The position numbers were made by a program, and so were the translations under genes. From positions 1,568,001 to 1,632,000 of the forward strand of contig CAVYXA010000001.1 of the NCBI GenBank assembly GCA_963772365.1: a DNA stretch of 64,000 nucleotides. Reading direction: 5' to 3'. A model generated the notes under the pieces. It was not told the origin of the DNA. It made no database searches and worked only from the letters and a program-made list of their open reading frames with translations. This DNA comes from an uncultured Verrucomicrobiae bacterium. Its GTDB lineage: Bacteria; Verrucomicrobiota; Verrucomicrobiia; Chthoniobacterales; UBA10450. Position 1 is the stretch's first letter; each line of letters begins with the position of its first letter. Positions 1 to 11,100 of this stretch are shown piece by piece.

Positions 1-500
<500 letters not shown>

Positions 501-728
501 TTTACTTTTCTATTAACCCGTTCCGCGCAAGCGGAACGGCAAACAGAGGAGACAAAGGATCTCAAAACTCAGACGAAGTTGTAGCGTCGGCTGTCCTCAG
601 CCGAAATGAAAACCTGTATGTAGATGTCAGCGAATTAGCAGTTCTTTGAAAAATCGAGATAGTCTCCAGACTTCGCAATCGGCCAAGCTCGCCGCGATAG
701 CGGCGATACAGCCACTCCGGGTACGGAG

Positions 729-844
729 TCTGGTGACATTAGCGCAGTGGCACCACCCGTCCCCATTCCGAACACGGAAGTGAAACGCTGCAGCCCCGAT
801 GGTAGTACGGCGATAGGCCGTGTGAGAGTAGGACGTCGCCAGAA
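729..844 (+). rRNA. rrf: 5S rRNA
   Basis: About 116 nt with terminal helix TCTGGTGAC/GTCGCCAGA, CCCATTCCGAACACGGAAGTGAA, CGATGGTAGT and GTGAGAGTAGG. Confidence 0.96.
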
Positions 845-846
845 CA

Positions 847-887
847 GAACCCCGCTACTTTTAACTACGTGGCGGGGTTCTTCTTTT
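847..887 (+). terminator. Intrinsic terminator of the rRNA operon
   Basis: Stem GAACCCCGCTAC...GTGGCGGGGTTC followed by TTCTTTT directly after 5S. Confidence 0.75.
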
Positions 888-923
888 GTAGAGTCTTCGA
901 TTCGGAGCGGTTGGCGCAACTGC

Positions 924-1319
924 TTAGCGCGCAATGTCAGAGACCAGCCAAATATCTTCTTCCAAATCACCAACAATGCCGCCGAGGTCTTCGGCATCTA
1001 TTGGTTTGCCAATCACTTCATCGACATCCAGTTCCTCGTAGATGCCGATATTATTTGGAGAAAGATGGCCTGAAAGCACCACGATCTTGCCCTTATATTT
1101 TCGCCGACGCAGCTTGCGCACGAGTTCCAGACCACCCGATCGCGGCATTCGATGGTCGGTGATTACAAGATCGAACCTCTTCTTCGCCAACAGGGCGAGG
1201 GCGTCCTGCCCGTTCTTCGCTACGGCGATCTTCCGATGCGGAGCTTTCAATAGACTGGCAATGGACTCGCCTATGATCGGCTCGTCATCGACTGCGAGAA
1301 TATGTGTTTTTCTCTTCAT
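924..1319 (-). CDS. Stand-alone response regulator receiver domain protein
   Basis: ILAVDDE, LVITDHRMP (phospho-Asp), VVLSG and KP motifs; 131 aa with no output domain. Confidence 0.9.
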   Translation of the reverse strand: MKRKTHILAVDDEPIIGESIASLLKAPHRKIAVAKNGQDALALLAKKRFDLVITDHRMPRSGGLELVRKLRRRKYKGKIVVLSGHLSPNNIGIYEELDVDEVIGKPIDAEDLGGIVGDLEEDIWLVSDIAR

Positions 1320-1335
1320 CCTTGCCTAGAATAAG

Positions 1336-1351
1336 AGCAAACCTCGCGCCG
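1336..1351 (-). promoter_or_regulatory. Putative sigma-54 (-24/-12) promoter of the receiver gene
   Basis: Minus strand reads CGGCGCGAGGTTTGCT (GG-N10-GC, close to consensus TGGCACG-N4-TTGCW), ending 16 nt upstream of the ATG. Confidence 0.5.
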
Positions 1352-1462
1352 TAGCTCGGTGGAAAGCCGTTAACCTGCGAACCAATATTTCTAACGGCGA
1401 GACAATACTATCCGCACGCCTTCCCCCTTTGCATCCGTGCAATCCGCAGTAATTTTCCCCTC

Positions 1463-1975
1463 ATGCTTACAAGTCAAAAGGTCGTCGATGCCATTAACGA
1501 ACAGATCGGATACGAATTTAGCGCCTCGCTTCAATACTTCGCCATCGCCTCACACTTTGCAGCTGATGCGTTGCCGCAATTGTCGCAGCATTTTTTCCGG
1601 CAAGCAGAAGAAGAAAAGGGTCATGCTCTGCGATTCATTAAATACGTAGTCGATGCTGGAGGACGTGTAGAGATTCCCGGGATCGATGCCCCGAAATCAA
1701 AATTCAAGACGGCGCGCGACGCCGTGAAATTGTCACTCGATCAGGAAGTGCATGTCACGAAGCAGATCAATGCACTTGTCGATCTTGCCCGAAAAGAGAA
1801 CGACCATATCACGATCAATTTTCTCCAGTGGTTCCTGACCGAGCAGCTCGAAGAAGTCTCGTCAATGGACAACTTGCTGAAAATCATCCAACGCGCGGGA
1901 AATGATCTCCTTCAGGCGGACGAGTACCTGGCTCGCGTCGGGATCAAAACAATGCCAGAAGCGCCGGCCGAGTAA
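1463..1975 (+). CDS. ftnA: Non-heme ferritin
   Basis: INEQIGYEFSASLQY, QAEEEKGHA and FLQWFLTEQLEE ferroxidase-centre motifs. Confidence 0.9.
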   Translation: MLTSQKVVDAINEQIGYEFSASLQYFAIASHFAADALPQLSQHFFRQAEEEKGHALRFIKYVVDAGGRVEIPGIDAPKSKFKTARDAVKLSLDQEVHVTKQINALVDLARKENDHITINFLQWFLTEQLEEVSSMDNLLKIIQRAGNDLLQADEYLARVGIKTMPEAPAE

Positions 1976-1995
1976 AAAAATCAGTTAGTTCCGGT

Positions 1996-3714
1996 TCACA
2001 CTTCGCGAATCACTTCGCTTGCCCTCTTGTCTTCACGCAAACCGAGGAAGACCGGAGCACGCAATTTCTTGTCGCGAGTCCACTCGGCGAACTTGATCTC
2101 GCAGACGAACATCGGATTGGTCCAGTGCATTTTGTTCATCATTGAGGGCGTGATACCCTGCACCCATTTGCCAGCATGTTTCGAAGGAAGATCGACAAAC
2201 GGACAATCGCTCCGTTCTTCGGCCTGAAGTTTCTTGTACAACATCGACAATGTCTTCGACGTGAATCCGGTGCCGACTTTACCGGCAAACATAAGTTTCT
2301 TGTCCTCATAGTAGCCGACCAAAATCGCGCCAAAGTATTTCCGCGAACCCTCAGGCGGGGTGTATCCGCCGATAACGAATTCCTGTTCGTTCACACATTT
2401 GAGTTTCACCCAAGCACCGCTGCGGCGGCCGGCTTCGTAAACCGAGTTGCGCTGTTTCCCAATCAAACCTTCGAGGCCGCGTTTCCTTATTTCCCCTAAA
2501 AGCTTATCGGCATCACCTCCGATGACGCCGGAAAACCGGATCAACTCGGGAGCTCCAGCACACAACTGCGCAAGCGCGTTCTTCCTGGCCTCGAGGGGGA
2601 GCGGCATCAGGTCTTTCCCGTCGAACTGAAGCAAGTCGAACGCGTAGAAATAAAGCGGCGATTTTTTCGCTTGCATCTCCCGCATCTGCAAGAGCTGAAA
2701 TGCCGATCGGCCTTCTTCATCCAGTGCAACAACTTCGCCGTCGATCACACATTCTTTGGCTGGCAGTTTTTTGACAGCATCGACAACTTCGGGAAAGCGG
2801 GCGTCTAATTTCTTTTCGTTTCGCGAAAAGAGCGAAACTTTTTTGCCGACCTTGACCGCTATTGCGCGAAACCCGTCGAATTTTAGTTCATAAATCCACT
2901 CACCCTTCGCCGTTGGTTTCTCCACTAACTTCGCCTTCATCGGTTCGATGAAGCGCGGCTTGTTTGAGGGCAAGTCCGCCAATGCGGTTGTGGGGCGACC
3001 GTTCCGATTCCCTGCCGTCCGATTCGGCAGGCGACGCGCCTGCCCTACCATTTCATTTTTTTCTTTTTTTTTAACTGCCGCGCGAATTCGCGCCTTGAAT
3101 TTCGATGTGGCACTCTGGTTTTCCGCACGGTTCGATTCCCATTCGGCATCGCGATCGGCGGCAATTTGCTTCATTGTTCGGCCACTCTTAACCGATTGAT
3201 CCTCGACCTTTTTCGAAGGCGCTTTTGCGTTGGCACCGGTTTTCAGGATTAGCCATTGATTCTTCTCTCCATCGCGACCTCGAATTCGAACCAGCGTCCA
3301 TTCTCCTTTTGCTTTCTTTCCGTCGAGAACCAGATGGAGTTTGCCTTCATGCAATGAGTTCGACGGTTGCTCGCCATAAACGTAGTAGTCGCCCCGATCC
3401 CATACCATCACAGTTCCGCCGCCATATTGTCCTTCCGGAATGACTCCTTCGAACGTTTCATACTCGAGGGGGTGATCCTCAACTTCCACCGCGAGATGTT
3501 TTTCGCCTTTGGACCATGGCAGCCCTTTCGGCAATGCCCACGATTTCAGGATGCCCTCCATTTGGAGTCGAAAGTCGTAATGCAAACGCCGGGCGTCGTG
3601 CTTTTGAATCACAAAGCGCGACGCCCCTCGCACACTTTTGGGCAACGGCTTGCCGCCTGCGGGCTCCGCCGTTTTGCGGAAATCCCTTTTTCGTTTGTAT
3701 TCAGCGAGCGCCAT
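1996..3714 (-). CDS. ligD: NHEJ DNA ligase D (phosphoesterase + ATP-dependent ligase domains; no polymerase domain)
   Basis: N-terminal YKRKRDF...FVIQKHDARRLHYDFRL (PE domain); ELKFDGFR, EGLIGK and WVKLK ligase motifs; C-terminal OB fold LRAPVFLGLREDK. Confidence 0.95.
   Translation of the reverse strand: MALAEYKRKRDFRKTAEPAGGKPLPKSVRGASRFVIQKHDARRLHYDFRLQMEGILKSWALPKGLPWSKGEKHLAVEVEDHPLEYETFEGVIPEGQYGGGTVMVWDRGDYYVYGEQPSNSLHEGKLHLVLDGKKAKGEWTLVRIRGRDGEKNQWLILKTGANAKAPSKKVEDQSVKSGRTMKQIAADRDAEWESNRAENQSATSKFKARIRAAVKKKEKNEMVGQARRLPNRTAGNRNGRPTTALADLPSNKPRFIEPMKAKLVEKPTAKGEWIYELKFDGFRAIAVKVGKKVSLFSRNEKKLDARFPEVVDAVKKLPAKECVIDGEVVALDEEGRSAFQLLQMREMQAKKSPLYFYAFDLLQFDGKDLMPLPLEARKNALAQLCAGAPELIRFSGVIGGDADKLLGEIRKRGLEGLIGKQRNSVYEAGRRSGAWVKLKCVNEQEFVIGGYTPPEGSRKYFGAILVGYYEDKKLMFAGKVGTGFTSKTLSMLYKKLQAEERSDCPFVDLPSKHAGKWVQGITPSMMNKMHWTNPMFVCEIKFAEWTRDKKLRAPVFLGLREDKRASEVIREV
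2989..3049. repeat. GTAG-type REP-like palindromic element, in frame within ligD
   Basis: TGTGGGGCGACCGTTCCG...GGCAGGCGACGCGCCTGCCCTAC; both ends match the intergenic copy at 55358-55424. Confidence 0.75.
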
Positions 3715-3801
3715 GATTCCAGCTTAATTTCGGATCGCGCACATGCTACTGGATGTTCGGCAGGATGACAGGGTCATCTGACTGTTTTCATTAAACGAAA
3801 T

Positions 3802-3841
3802 GAAGACGCCACCGATATCCGGCAATAACGGTGGCGTCTTC
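3802..3841 (-). terminator. Hairpin/terminator downstream of the DUF892 gene
   Basis: Perfect 13-bp inverted repeat GAAGACGCCACCG / CGGTGGCGTCTTC. Confidence 0.6.
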
Positions 3842-3877
3842 TTCGGCAGCAGGTCGGAATCAGGAGCGTGTCCCGCT

Positions 3878-4375
3878 CTAGATCCCGAAAGTTGCCTCTA
3901 CATTGATACATTCTTCGGCAAGCTCGGTCAGCTTTTTATCGGTTTCGCCTTCTTCATCGAGAGTGTCCTGAAGGGATTCGACGTCGGCATCTCTTCCCAG
4001 GGTCTTCGCAAAAGTGCGAAGAGAACCGTAAGCAGCGATTTCGTAATGTTCGACGCGCTGGGCCGCGCTGATCAAGCCTGCGTCGAGAGCTGATTCGTCT
4101 CCCTTGGCTTTGAGCAACTCGGAACCTTCTTCAATTAATCCCTTCATTCCCTTGCAGGTCTTGCCCTTAGGGCTTTTGTCCAAGCTCTCGAAGATCTGCT
4201 CAAGGCGAGTGACATGCCCCTCGGTCTGTTCCAAGTGCTCCTCAAAAGCCTCTTTCAGAGCGGACGAGGAAGCATGTTTCGCCATCTTTGGCAGGGCCTT
4301 CAACAACTGATTTTCGGCGTTGTAGATATCGCGCAGTTCTTCCACGTAAAGTTCTTCCAATGAATCGACTTTCAT
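3878..4375 (-). CDS. Ferritin-like domain protein, YciE/YciF (DUF892) family
   Basis: ELRDIYNAENQL, HLEQTEGHVTRLEQIF, CKGMKGLIEEG and AQRVEHYEIAAYG. Confidence 0.93.
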   Translation of the reverse strand: MKVDSLEELYVEELRDIYNAENQLLKALPKMAKHASSSALKEAFEEHLEQTEGHVTRLEQIFESLDKSPKGKTCKGMKGLIEEGSELLKAKGDESALDAGLISAAQRVEHYEIAAYGSLRTFAKTLGRDADVESLQDTLDEEGETDKKLTELAEECINVEATFGI

Positions 4376-4507
4376 ATTCTCCCTTTGGTTGAATTGACTT
4401 TTTGGCCTGTTTCCAAGCGTTGCGGCTGTTCTCTAATGGACAGCCACGTAGAAGGAGAACGCGTCTCACCGGAGAAGCACGTGTAAGAAAATTTTGGCCG
4501 AGTTCGG

Positions 4508-5110
4508 CTATTCCGATTCGACCGGTTCGCCCATTAAATAACGGGTAAACCGCCGGATCACAATGTTTTCGCCAAGCTCCGCGATTTTGGCCTTCATGAG
4601 ATCGCCTATGGTCTGGTCAGGATTTTTGATGAACCCCTGCTCTAAAAGACAGACCGTGCTGTAAAATTTTTCAAATTTACCATCGACAATTTTATCGACG
4701 ACATTAGCCGGCTTGTCTTTTACCTGCGCCTTATAGATCTCCCGTTCCGCTTCAATCAGTTGGCCCGGCACGTGTTCCCGGCTGACGTAAAGGGGATGCG
4801 CTGCGGCAATGTGCAGAGTGATATCTTTCACGAACACCCGGAAATTTTCATTTTTTGCGACAAAATCCGTCTCGCAATTCACCTCCACTAGCACACCCAC
4901 TTTCCCCTGCTGATGAATGTAAGAGGCAACGATTCCTTCCTTGGTCGCTCTCGAAGCTTTCTTGCTTGCGCTGGCGATGCCCTTCTCCCGTAAAATTTGC
5001 TCCGCACGCTCGAAATCCCCGGCCGCCTCGGCCAGCGCCCGTTTGCAATCCATCATTCCAGCGTTGGTCTTTTCGCGAAGTTGCTTAACGAGTTTTGGAT
5101 CGATTTGCAT
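4508..5110 (-). CDS. tsf: Translation elongation factor Ts (short form, 200 aa)
   Basis: LREKTNAGMMDCKRAL and EVNCETDFVA; lies downstream of rpsB. Confidence 0.97.
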   Translation of the reverse strand: MQIDPKLVKQLREKTNAGMMDCKRALAEAAGDFERAEQILREKGIASASKKASRATKEGIVASYIHQQGKVGVLVEVNCETDFVAKNENFRVFVKDITLHIAAAHPLYVSREHVPGQLIEAEREIYKAQVKDKPANVVDKIVDGKFEKFYSTVCLLEQGFIKNPDQTIGDLMKAKIAELGENIVIRRFTRYLMGEPVESE

Positions 5111-5177
5111 TGTATCTATTAGTCATGTCGAGCGAATTCGAGACATCCCGCAGCGAGATCTTCAGAGCAATTCTTCC

Positions 5178-5909
5178 CTACGCCGATACGCCGGCCATTT
5201 CGACCTGCTCGCGAATCCGCGCTTCGTTGCTCGCGGAAACAATCGCATCGACAAGTTTTTGCAGTATCACGCGAATTGCGCGAATCGCATCGTCATTTCC
5301 GGCAATGGGATAATCGATCACGTCCGGGTCGGCATTTGTATCGACAATTGCCACGACTGGTATTCCAAGCCGGCGAGCTTCATTCACGGCATTTTGTTCC
5401 CGAAGTGTGTCAATGACGACCATCGCATCCGGCAATTGCGACATGTCCAAGATTCCTTCGAGATTGCGTCGCAGTTTGGCTGCTTCCCTATTCAGCGCAG
5501 CCAACTCTTGCTTACCCATCTTCCTGTATTCAGGGGATTGTTCGATTTGCTCTATGTATTTCAGTCGACCGATGCTCTTACGAATAGTCGTGAGATTGGT
5601 CAATGTACCGCCGAGCCAGCGTTGATTCACATAAAACTGCCCACAGGCCGATGCTGCTTCTTTGATCGCTTCCTGCGCTTGTTTCTTGCAGCCGACAAAC
5701 AAAATTTTACCACCGCGTCGAGCAACATCCTGGAGAAATTCCGTCGCACGCTGAAGCTGCTGGACAGTCTCGTCAAGGTTGATGATGTAAATCTGATTGC
5801 GTTGTTCGAAGATAAACGGCTTCATTTTCGGGTTCCACCGCTTGGTCTGATGACCAAAATGGACTCCCGCTTCCAAAAGTTCTGGTACTAATTCAGTTGT
5901 ATTTGCCAT
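5178..5909 (-). CDS. rpsB: 30S ribosomal protein S2
   Basis: LLEAGVHFGHQTKRWNPKM, RWLGGTLTN and DTNADP; start placed at the ATG at 5909. Confidence 0.98.
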   Translation of the reverse strand: MANTTELVPELLEAGVHFGHQTKRWNPKMKPFIFEQRNQIYIINLDETVQQLQRATEFLQDVARRGGKILFVGCKKQAQEAIKEAASACGQFYVNQRWLGGTLTNLTTIRKSIGRLKYIEQIEQSPEYRKMGKQELAALNREAAKLRRNLEGILDMSQLPDAMVVIDTLREQNAVNEARRLGIPVVAIVDTNADPDVIDYPIAGNDDAIRAIRVILQKLVDAIVSASNEARIREQVEMAGVSA

Positions 5910-6042
5910 AGACAAAAATCGCGCCGGCCAAGCCTGGCGCGGCGGAGCGGGAACATGCTACGAGGGCTGGCGATTAGCAACTACAATTTGCGCGCTGTGG
6001 GATACCGCTCTGCCCTTCGATTTGCCCTTCCTAATCAAAGTC

Positions 6043-6585
6043 TCAGGATGGGGAAACTTGCTTCTCTGCGTACCGCGCCAGGATCCAACACAAATCAGAG
6101 AGTCGATTCAGGTAGCGCACGATTTCAGGGTTGAGATCTTTTTCGGCCCCCATCAACTTGACTACAGCTCGCTCCGATCGACGGCAGATCGTGCGAGCAA
6201 AATCAAGCGCAGCAGAGAGCTCGCTCTGTCCCGGTATTACCCAATCTTTTGGATAAAGCGATTTATCCTTCTCGAGATCGACAATTGCTGCGGTAACGCG
6301 CTCGACCATTGCGCTCGTTGTGAGATGGAATCCATCTTTGACATAGCGTTGTCGATCTTGCGAATGAGTGGCCAGCTCGCCCATCACCACAATCAAATCT
6401 TTCTGCACGGTCAGGATTTGTTCGGATAAGAAGTCCTGAATACAAACGGAGCGCGCCATACCGAGCGCGGCCGTTAGTTCGTCCACGCAGCCATAGGCAT
6501 CGACGCGGGGATCGTTCTTCGACACGCGACGGCCGTACATCAAAGACGTCTCACCCTGATCACCCGTCCTCGTTACGATCGACAT
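6043..6585 (-). CDS. ATP:cob(I)alamin adenosyltransferase, PduO type
   Basis: TRTGDQGETSL, AYGCVDEL, ARTICRRSER and YLNRLSD motifs. Confidence 0.93.
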   Translation of the reverse strand: MSIVTRTGDQGETSLMYGRRVSKNDPRVDAYGCVDELTAALGMARSVCIQDFLSEQILTVQKDLIVVMGELATHSQDRQRYVKDGFHLTTSAMVERVTAAIVDLEKDKSLYPKDWVIPGQSELSAALDFARTICRRSERAVVKLMGAEKDLNPEIVRYLNRLSDLCWILARYAEKQVSPS

Positions 6586-6765
6586 CGGACGAATTGTAGG
6601 GTGTTTCTGCTTGCCACGCCATAGCTATGCGAGGTCTGGCCTGCCGCGCCGCAGCGCATCATAGGCGGGCGAAGCGTCAAGGCTTCTACAGCTTGCGCAT
6701 CGTGACGCAGTTATTCGCCCGCCGGCAATCTCATGCATTTTGGGCGGCCAAATAGCCCTTAAGAT

Positions 6766-7883
6766 TCATTGCAATCCCGTGCCGAGGTACGATTTGGCGA
6801 CCGATGTGTCGGTGGCATTGATAGCGCCGCCCGTGTTCAAATCAGCGCGAAAGTTCGATCCGTTAATTGTCTGCCCGATCCGGAGTTTTATGTAAATAAT
6901 ATCAGAGGAATTCACCGCTCCGTTCCCGTTCGCGTCGCCAGCAAGAATGCTCATTGGGACAATAACATTGCCCGATGTCGATCCATTGCTGACGTCAAAA
7001 AGCGTCACGTTGATGGTCTGAGCGTTGGCGACGTTCGTCAGCGGCACTGTGACGATATTTCCATTAACGAAAACCATTCCACCATTGCTCATTCCTTCGC
7101 TTCCAATCGTACCAGTTCCCAAAGTAACTGCCGCCTGTGGATTTCCGTTGACCATCACGCTGGTTGGAAAAGTTAGCACCATTACGTGATCGTTAGTCAT
7201 GCCGCCGCTGCGGCATTCGATTCCGGGCGTTCCGGTGAGCGGCAGATTAACATCGAAACTGCCGGCAGCTCCGTGGGTTTTCCGAGAAACTGCACTCGTT
7301 GGAACGGGCGGTGTCGGCGTTGGAGTTGGCGTCGTCGTGACATTCAGGACGATACTGCCCGCCGGAATGATGGGGTTATCTTCCAAGTTCATGTCGGTTA
7401 CCACCGACGTACGCGGACTCACGGTCGTCGAGCGCAGTATGTAAGTCCCAGGAGGAGCGTTGGGGGCAAGCGAGAAGGTCACGTCAGTGATATGATACGT
7501 GCCGGGCGGCACCAGTTGCAGAGGGTAGGTTATGGCACCCAGATCGTTAACCTCACACATAAACCCAGCCGTGGCTCCGCTGGTTGAATTAAATAGGAAC
7601 GGATACGGGGATATGTTGTTTGGATCGTTAAATATAAAGTACTGGACATTGGTAATCGTCAGAAAGGGCGCCAACGCATTTTTGGTACTTCCAGCCAGTA
7701 ATCAAGATAATACGCACTGTAGCCGCCAAAGCTTAGATTAACCGAAATGGTGAACGTGCTACCCGGAGTCAGCAGACCCGGGTCGCTGAACGACAACGAC
7801 TGGGTGTGCTGGCCAAAGAGAGAACTGGTGGCCGTCGTCCCGCACAGAATTCCGGCAAGTAATGCAATTCTTACTCGTTTCAC
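6766..7883 (-). CDS. Exported protein: signal peptide, beta-sandwich domain, Pro/Thr linker, Spartobacteria-type C-terminal domain and dockerin type I. Apparent frameshift at an A-run near 7680.
   Basis: GTG start at 7883 (VKRVRIALLAGILCG...). ORFs 7659-7982 and 6766-7674 join across CCAAAAATG. C-terminus has SRKTHGAAGSFD...IECRSG and two Ca-loop repeats (GDANGNGAVNSSD, ADLNTGGAINATD). Confidence 0.75.
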
Positions 7884-8030
7884 ACGTCTGACCTTTCGGC
7901 CCGATTTTGGGCAGCGTAATCTAAGAGTCAAGCTCCCTTTCCCCGCACCTTCGGCACGATCGCGTGCTGTAAAGCCATCCAATCGCCACCTGATCGTCGG
8001 TCTTGGTTACGATCGACATTCGACCTTGAT

Positions 8031-8101
8031 GGTAGAGCGACACTCTGTGGAGCCCACAAAATGACCGGCACAATCACGGCTCAACAGAGTCTCGCTCTAC
8101 C
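8031..8101. repeat. GTAG-type REP-like palindrome downstream of rpoC
   Basis: Imperfect inverted repeat GGTAGAGCGACACTCTGT...ACAGAGTCTCGCTCTACC. Confidence 0.7.
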
Positions 8102-8112
8102 GGGGGATTCGC

Positions 8113-11100
8113 TTAACCGATCGCAGGCTGCGGCTCGGCTTCCTCCATTACAGGAGCGCCGATCGGTTCGCCTTTCTCGATCAATTTAATCTCGCGATGC
8201 GCGCCGAATCCTGTGCCCGCCGGAATCAAGTGGCCCATGATCACGTTCTCTTTGAATCCGCGCAGCTTGTCGACTTTTCCAAGCGTGGCGGCTTCGGTGA
8301 GCACGCGGGTCGTGTCCTGGAATGACGCAGCCGAGATGAAGCTGTCAGTTTCGAGGGAAGCTTTCGTGATGCCGAGCAAAACGGGAACCGCCTCAGCGGG
8401 CTTGCCGCCTTTCTCGACAACAGCCTCGTTTTCTTGCTCGAAATCGAGTTTGTCGACCTGATCGCCCCAAAGCAATGAGGTATCGCCCGGATCGGTGATC
8501 TTCACCTTGCGCAACATTTGGCGAACAATGATCTCAATATGCTTGTCGTTAATTTCGACGCCTTGCAACCGGTAAACTTCCTGGACTTCGTTGACCAAGT
8601 GTTCCTGCAAATCCTGTGGCCCGCACACCTCGAGAATTTCGTGCGGAACGACCGGACCCTCGGTGAGCTGTTGACCCTTCTTCACAAAATCGCCTTTGAA
8701 AACGATGATGTGTTTTGTTAGCGGAATCAGGTGCTCTTCTTCGACGCCCGTTTCCGGGTCCTTGAGGATGAGCCGCCGTTTGCCGCGAGCCGTGCCGCCC
8801 ATTTCGACAATACCGTCGATCTTGGCAATCTCGGCCGCATCCTTCGGTCGTCGCGCTTCGAACAATTCCGCGACGCGCGGCAAACCGCCTGTGATGTCCT
8901 TGGTCTTTGCGACTTTTCGTGGCGTCTTGGCCAGCAATGCACCAGCCCGAACCTTTTGTCCTTCTTCGACGATAAGGTGAGCGCCGGCAGGAATAGAATA
9001 GCTTGAAAGCACTTCTTTTTTGTCGCCCATGATCACGATTTGCGGATGCAAATCTTCCTTGTGTTCGATAATGACCGTGCCCATCAAGCCGGTCGCTTCA
9101 TCGACATCGCGTTTAATGGTCACGCCCGCTATCATGTCGCGGAATTCAATCTTGCCACCCTTATCGGTCAGAATTGGCACGTTGTACGGATCCCATTGCA
9201 CGAACGTCTCGCCTTTCTTCACCTGACCACCGTCCTTGATCGTGATGACGGAACCAATAACGATATTATAACGTTCGAGCTCACGGCCATCCTTCCCGTG
9301 AATCCCGACAGAACCGTTTTTGTTCAGCACAATCCAGTTGCCCTCGAGAGATTCAACCACGCGCAGATCGTTGTAACGAATTTCGCCGTCATTCTTCGCC
9401 TTAATAATCGGCTGTTTGAACGTTTGACTGGCCGTGCCACCAATGTGGAACGTCCGCATCGTCAATTGCGTGCCGGGCTCGCCAATGGATTGTGCGGCGA
9501 TGATGCCAACTGCCTCGCCCATCTTTACAAATTGGCCAGTGGCCAGGTTGCGGCCATAGCACATCGCACAAACGCCGCGGCCGCACTCGCAAGTCAGCAC
9601 TGACCGAATCTTCAGTTGCTCAACACCAATCCGTTGCAATTCCGCCGCGATCTTCTCGTCTATGAGCTGGTTCGCCTTAACAATTTTCTTCTTCTTGTCG
9701 ACAGGATCGGCAATCGTTTCACAACTGACCCGACCGATGATGCGTTGGGCAAGATCGACAACTTCTTCATCCCCTTCGTAGATCGAGCGCACCAAAATGC
9801 CGTTGACCGTGTCGCAATCTGGTTCGTTGATGATCACGTCTTGGGCGGCATCGACAAGTTTACGCGTGAGGTAACCCGAATCCGCTGTTTTCAGCGCTGT
9901 ATCGGCCAAACCTTTCCGAGCACCGTGAGTCGAAATGAAGTATTCGAGCACACTCAATCCCTCGCGGAAATTCGAAGTGATCGGGCGCTCGATGATTTCG
10001 CCGCTCGGCTTTGCCATCAAACCGCGCATTCCGGCGAGCTGTCGCACCTGTTGACGATTGCCACGGGCCCCGGAATCGACCATCAGATAAACCGGGTTTA
10101 ATTCCTTGCGTCCCTCATTGTGTTCGAGAGTGCGGAACATGACGCTTGAGATCTCATCTCCAGCGTGAGTCCAGATGTCGATGATCTTGTTGTAACGCTC
10201 GCCGTCCGTAATGATACCTTTGCGATACTGCTGCTCCACCAAACGGATCTGCTTGTAAGCACTCTCCAGCTCCGTTTGCTTCTCCTTTGGAATAATCATG
10301 TCCGAAATTCCAATCGAGATGCCAGCCCTGGTCGCTTCGGTGAATCCGAGTTCTTTCAATCTATCCAAGGTAGCCACTGTCTCGGCGGGTCCGGCGACCT
10401 GGTAACAGCGCCAGATAATGTCGCTGAGTTGTTTCTTGCCGGCGGCCTTGTTGAAGAAGCCGAGTTCTTTTGGCCAAATTTGATTGAACAACACGCGGCC
10501 GGCAGTCGTTTCGATCGTTTTGGCGGTCGCGTTGCCGTTGATTGTCTGCTTGCCCAAATCCGGATTCTTGAAGCGAATGCGGTCGTGAGTGCGAATCGTT
10601 CTTTCCGCCATGGCAAATTCCACTTCGAAAGCTTCGGCAAAGAGCGGTAAATGTTGAGCATCCTTTGTCGCACCGCGCGGATTCTGCGTCAGGTAATAGC
10701 AGCCTAGCGTAATGTCCTGCGAAGGAGTCGTGATCGGTTTCCCGCTCGATGGCGAGAAAATATTGTTTGGTGCCAGCATCAACATTCGCGCTTCCAATTG
10801 CGCTTCGACCGACAGCGGCACGTGGACAGCCATTTGATCGCCGTCGAAGTCCGCATTGTAGGCGGTACAAACGAGCGGATGAATCCGAATCGCTTCGCCC
10901 TCGATCAATTGCGGTTCGAAAGCCTGGATCGACAATCGATGCAAAGTCGGCGCCCGGTTCAACAAAACCGGATGCCCACGGGTAACTTCATCTAGAATGT
11001 CCCATACTTCGGGCGTCTGGCGTTCGATCATTTTCTTCGCGCTGCGCACCGTGTGCACATAACCAAGGTCCTTTAGTCGGCGAATGATGAACGGCTCGAA

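Noticed and set aside
4508..5110. EF-Ts only 200 aa, possibly truncated
   Set aside because: The short EF-Ts form is a known natural variant and the C-terminal IRRFTRY motif is intact.
4941..5891. 316-aa plus-strand ORF
   Set aside because: Antisense shadow of rpsB/tsf with no protein motifs. The same applies to 51240-52163, 55169-56203 and 59065-59994.
6586..6765. Possible cobalamin riboswitch upstream of the adenosyltransferase
   Set aside because: Only a GCCAGACCT fragment resembles a B12 box; the AGGGAA and GCCACTG core elements are not present.
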